64,000 nucleotides of DNA from NCBI GenBank assembly GCA_963976765.1, contig CAXBME010000008.1, positions 124,001-188,000 of the forward strand, in the 5' to 3' direction. Position 1 is the first letter of the stretch. Every line of letters starts with the position of its first letter. The notes beneath the pieces were generated by a model. The model did no database searches, was not told the origin of the DNA, and saw only the letters and a list, made by a program, of their open reading frames with translations. The translations under genes were made by a program, and so were the position numbers. This document shows, piece by piece, positions 61,690-64,000 of this stretch. The stretch is from an uncultured Planctomycetaceae bacterium (lineage in GTDB: Bacteria; Planctomycetota; Planctomycetia; Planctomycetales; Planctomycetaceae).

Positions 61690-62222
61690 ATGAGAGGACT
61701 TTCTTGAAAGAGGGTGGGCAGTCTCACTGCCTGACGTGCGGGAATTTTCGGGCTCTGTCAGAACTGACGTTGTGGTCTGCCGTGTTGGGAGTTGCGCGTT
61801 AGTGTCGCATGATGTGTGCACGCCGACCTTCGCTCTGTCAGCGAGGCTTCGGTAGCGTGTCAGACTGTCTCATTTTGAGCAACTCATTGGAATTTGCCGA
61901 AGCGTCGCATTACTGACATTGGCATCCTCGGCCGACAGGTCTTTCGCCGTCCGGCGTGAACTGTCGCCACGATGGACCGTGGCCGGCGCCAGTGAGCATG
62001 CTCGCGAGCCGTTCTGAATCGATACATCCGCCATAAACATTGCCATCCGCGAAGGACTCAGCACTCAAATTTTGAGAGCAATCGCCGTCTTTGGAGAACG
62101 ACCGGTATTGATCAGTCTTATCGTCGGCTCGTGACAGAGCTGTTCCCGGATGTCGTCCTATGTTTCGAGAAGGAAATCCCAAACTATTTCGGAACGCGCC
62201 GAACCGGTGTGCAAAACCGCCA

Positions 62223-64000
62223 ATGTCTGACCAGTCCGGCTTATTACTCAGGACTCATAACAACGTGCCGGCTGAGTTGCCGGGTCGTTCGGGGGGAGCT
62301 GTGTCGGGCGACCGGTCTCAACGGCAGCACATTCTGACAGTCGCGGTCGAGGACTGGTTTCAGGTCGGATCCTTCGGGCGACTGATCGAGCAGGAACAGT
62401 GGTACCGCTTTGAAACCCGGGTCGAACGAAACACTCAGCGGACGTTCGAACTGCTCGACGCGTACAACACCAAGGCAACCTTCTTTGTGCTTGGGTGGGT
62501 GGCCGAACAGATGCCGGAACTCGTGGCGGAAATCGCCAGCCGCGGTCATGAAGTTGCCAGTCTGGGTTTTCAGCATCGGACAATTAAAGGTCTGTCGCGC
62601 GACGAGTTTCGTGACGATCTGCTGCGTGCTCAGGAAACGATCGAATCAGCATCCGGGCAGAAGCTGCTGGGGTATCGCATCGCTGATCAGTGGCTTGGAC
62701 CGAAAGATCTGTGGGTTCTCGACGTGCTGGCGGAAGAAGGTTACGCCTACGATTCCAGCGTCCTGCCGTTGTTTAACCGCTTCTCGGATGAACCGTACCG
62801 GCGGTTTGTGCATCGCCAGTCGACTCCGTCGGGCAGCATTCTGGAAGTGCCGCCGTCGTCGACGCGACTTATGGGCTGCTGCCTTCCCATCGCTGGTGGA
62901 AACTGGTTTCGCCAGTTGCCTCACACACTGTTGAAGAAGGGCGTGAAGAGCTGGGACGAGCAGTACGCGGACCCGTTCGTCATGTACTTTCACATCTGGG
63001 AACTCGACCCGGACCAGCCACGGATTTCAGCCGTTGATCGCCTGTCGCGAATCAGGCATTACCGAAACCTCGACAAGATGCAGTGGGTGCTGGAGGATCA
63101 TCTCAGCAAGTACCGCTTTAGTAGCGTCGCTGATCGGCTCGGATTGAAAACAGAGCACGTGGTACGAGTCGAGTGTCAGGAGTCGAAAGTCGAGAGTTGT
63201 GATGTCCTCACGGCTCCGACGCCAGATTCAAAGCCCTCGGTCTTCGGCTCTCACCCATCCGCCCTTGAGCCCGTGTCCATCGTCATTCCCTGCTACAACG
63301 AAGAAGCGTCGCTGCCGTATCTTGGGCGAACGCTTGAGAAGCTCGAAGCCGAACTCGCCAACCGCTACGCGCCGGCGTTCGTTCTGGTCGACGATCGAAG
63401 CACTGACCGTACGTGGGAGATCATGCAGTCGGTGTTTGGTGGCAGGTCGAACTTCCGACTTGTTCGGCACGAGCAGAACGCCGGAGTTTCCGCCGCCATT
63501 CTCACGGGCATTCGCCACGCTGAAACCGAGCTGGTCTGCTCGATGGACTGCGACTGTTCTTACGACCCGCTTGAGTTCAGTCGAATGCTGCCGCTGATGA
63601 CGGACGACGTCGACCTGGTCACCGCCTCGCCGTACCACCCGCAGGGCCGCGTGAAGAACGTACCCGGCTGGCGACTTCTACTGTCGAAAGGGCTGTCGAC
63701 GATCTACCGGATCGTCCTGCCGCAGAAACTGCATACCTGGACGAGTTGCTTCCGAGTCTACCGGAAGTCGGCCATCGAAAAGATCAGCCTGCACGAATGC
63801 GGCTTTCTGGGCACCGCTGAGCTGGTCGGACAACTCTGTCTGAACGGTTCGAAAATTGTCGAACATCCGGCGACGCTTGAAGTCCGCATCTTTGGCGAAT
63901 CGAAAATGAAAACTTTCCACACGATCGCCGGACATCTGCGACTCGTGCGGCAACTCGTCAGGCAACGGCTTAAAGGAGCATCGAACAGCGAAGATTCAAC
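62223..64000 (+). CDS. XrtA/PEP-CTERM-type polysaccharide deacetylase-like (CE4 + DUF3473) domain fused to a GT2 glycosyltransferase (runs off the window)
   Basis: Absent from the ORF track because there is no stop. Own translation from ATG 62223: HILTVAVEDWFQ, KATFFVLGWVA, GHEVASLG, YDSS, AGGNWFR, YFHIWELDPDQP, then SIVIPCYNEE, VDDRSTD, MDCDCSY, all in one frame. Confidence 0.88.
   Translation, partial: MSDQSGLLLRTHNNVPAELPGRSGGAVSGDRSQRQHILTVAVEDWFQVGSFGRLIEQEQWYRFETRVERNTQRTFELLDAYNTKATFFVLGWVAEQMPELVAEIASRGHEVASLGFQHRTIKGLSRDEFRDDLLRAQETIESASGQKLLGYRIADQWLGPKDLWVLDVLAEEGYAYDSSVLPLFNRFSDEPYRRFVHRQSTPSGSILEVPPSSTRLMGCCLPIAGGNWFRQLPHTLLKKGVKSWDEQYADPFVMYFHIWELDPDQPRISAVDRLSRIRHYRNLDKMQWVLEDHLSKYRFSSVADRLGLKTEHVVRVECQESKVESCDVLTAPTPDSKPSVFGSHPSALEPVSIVIPCYNEEASLPYLGRTLEKLEAELANRYAPAFVLVDDRSTDRTWEIMQSVFGGRSNFRLVRHEQNAGVSAAILTGIRHAETELVCSMDCDCSYDPLEFSRMLPLMTDDVDLVTASPYHPQGRVKNVPGWRLLLSKGLSTIYRIVLPQKLHTWTSCFRVYRKSAIEKISLHECGFLGTAELVGQLCLNGSKIVEHPATLEVRIFGESKMKTFHTIAGHLRLVRQLVRQRLKGASNSEDS

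Noticed and set aside
61690..62222. Short ORFs or a sigma54 site upstream of the deacetylase-GT2 gene
   Set aside because: No correctly spaced GG-N10-GC consensus was seen and the ORFs have no supporting features.

Overview
Core-chromosome segment of a moderately GC-rich Planctomycetota bacterium. The assignment is inferred from a PSD1/PSCyt (DUF1549/DUF1553)-DUF1501 gene pair, a second DUF1501 gene, a dispersed fhcC, planctomycete-style ECF sigma factors and a membrane Ser/Thr kinase-like gene. About 45 CDSs are present, including gltA (partial), fhcC, oleC, cysC, korAB, rpmA, hisB, pyrD, holA, ggt, two ABC systems, several exported enzymes and an unlisted deacetylase-GT2 fusion running off the right end. 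No tRNA, rRNA, CRISPR array, prophage or transposase was recognised. The most interesting observations are: (1) a highly structured, independently terminated ~240-nt RNA at 32.05-32.29 kb carrying a 12-nt complement of the usual 16S 3' tail, a 12-codon ORF and an internal anti-SD; (2) a neighbouring ECF sigma / zinc-finger anti-sigma pair whose extracytoplasmic part has two CxxCH heme motifs; (3) a YtrA-regulated ABC system whose permease carries a leucine-rich-repeat domain; (4) a methyltransferase-PHP-CDP-alcohol transferase putative lipid cluster; (5) a doubly inactivated RelE/ParE toxin-antitoxin pair with a pentanucleotide expansion; and (6) several apparent pseudoenzymes (kinase, phosphohexomutase, CE4 deacetylase). 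All functional calls come from motifs recognised by eye, with no database searches.
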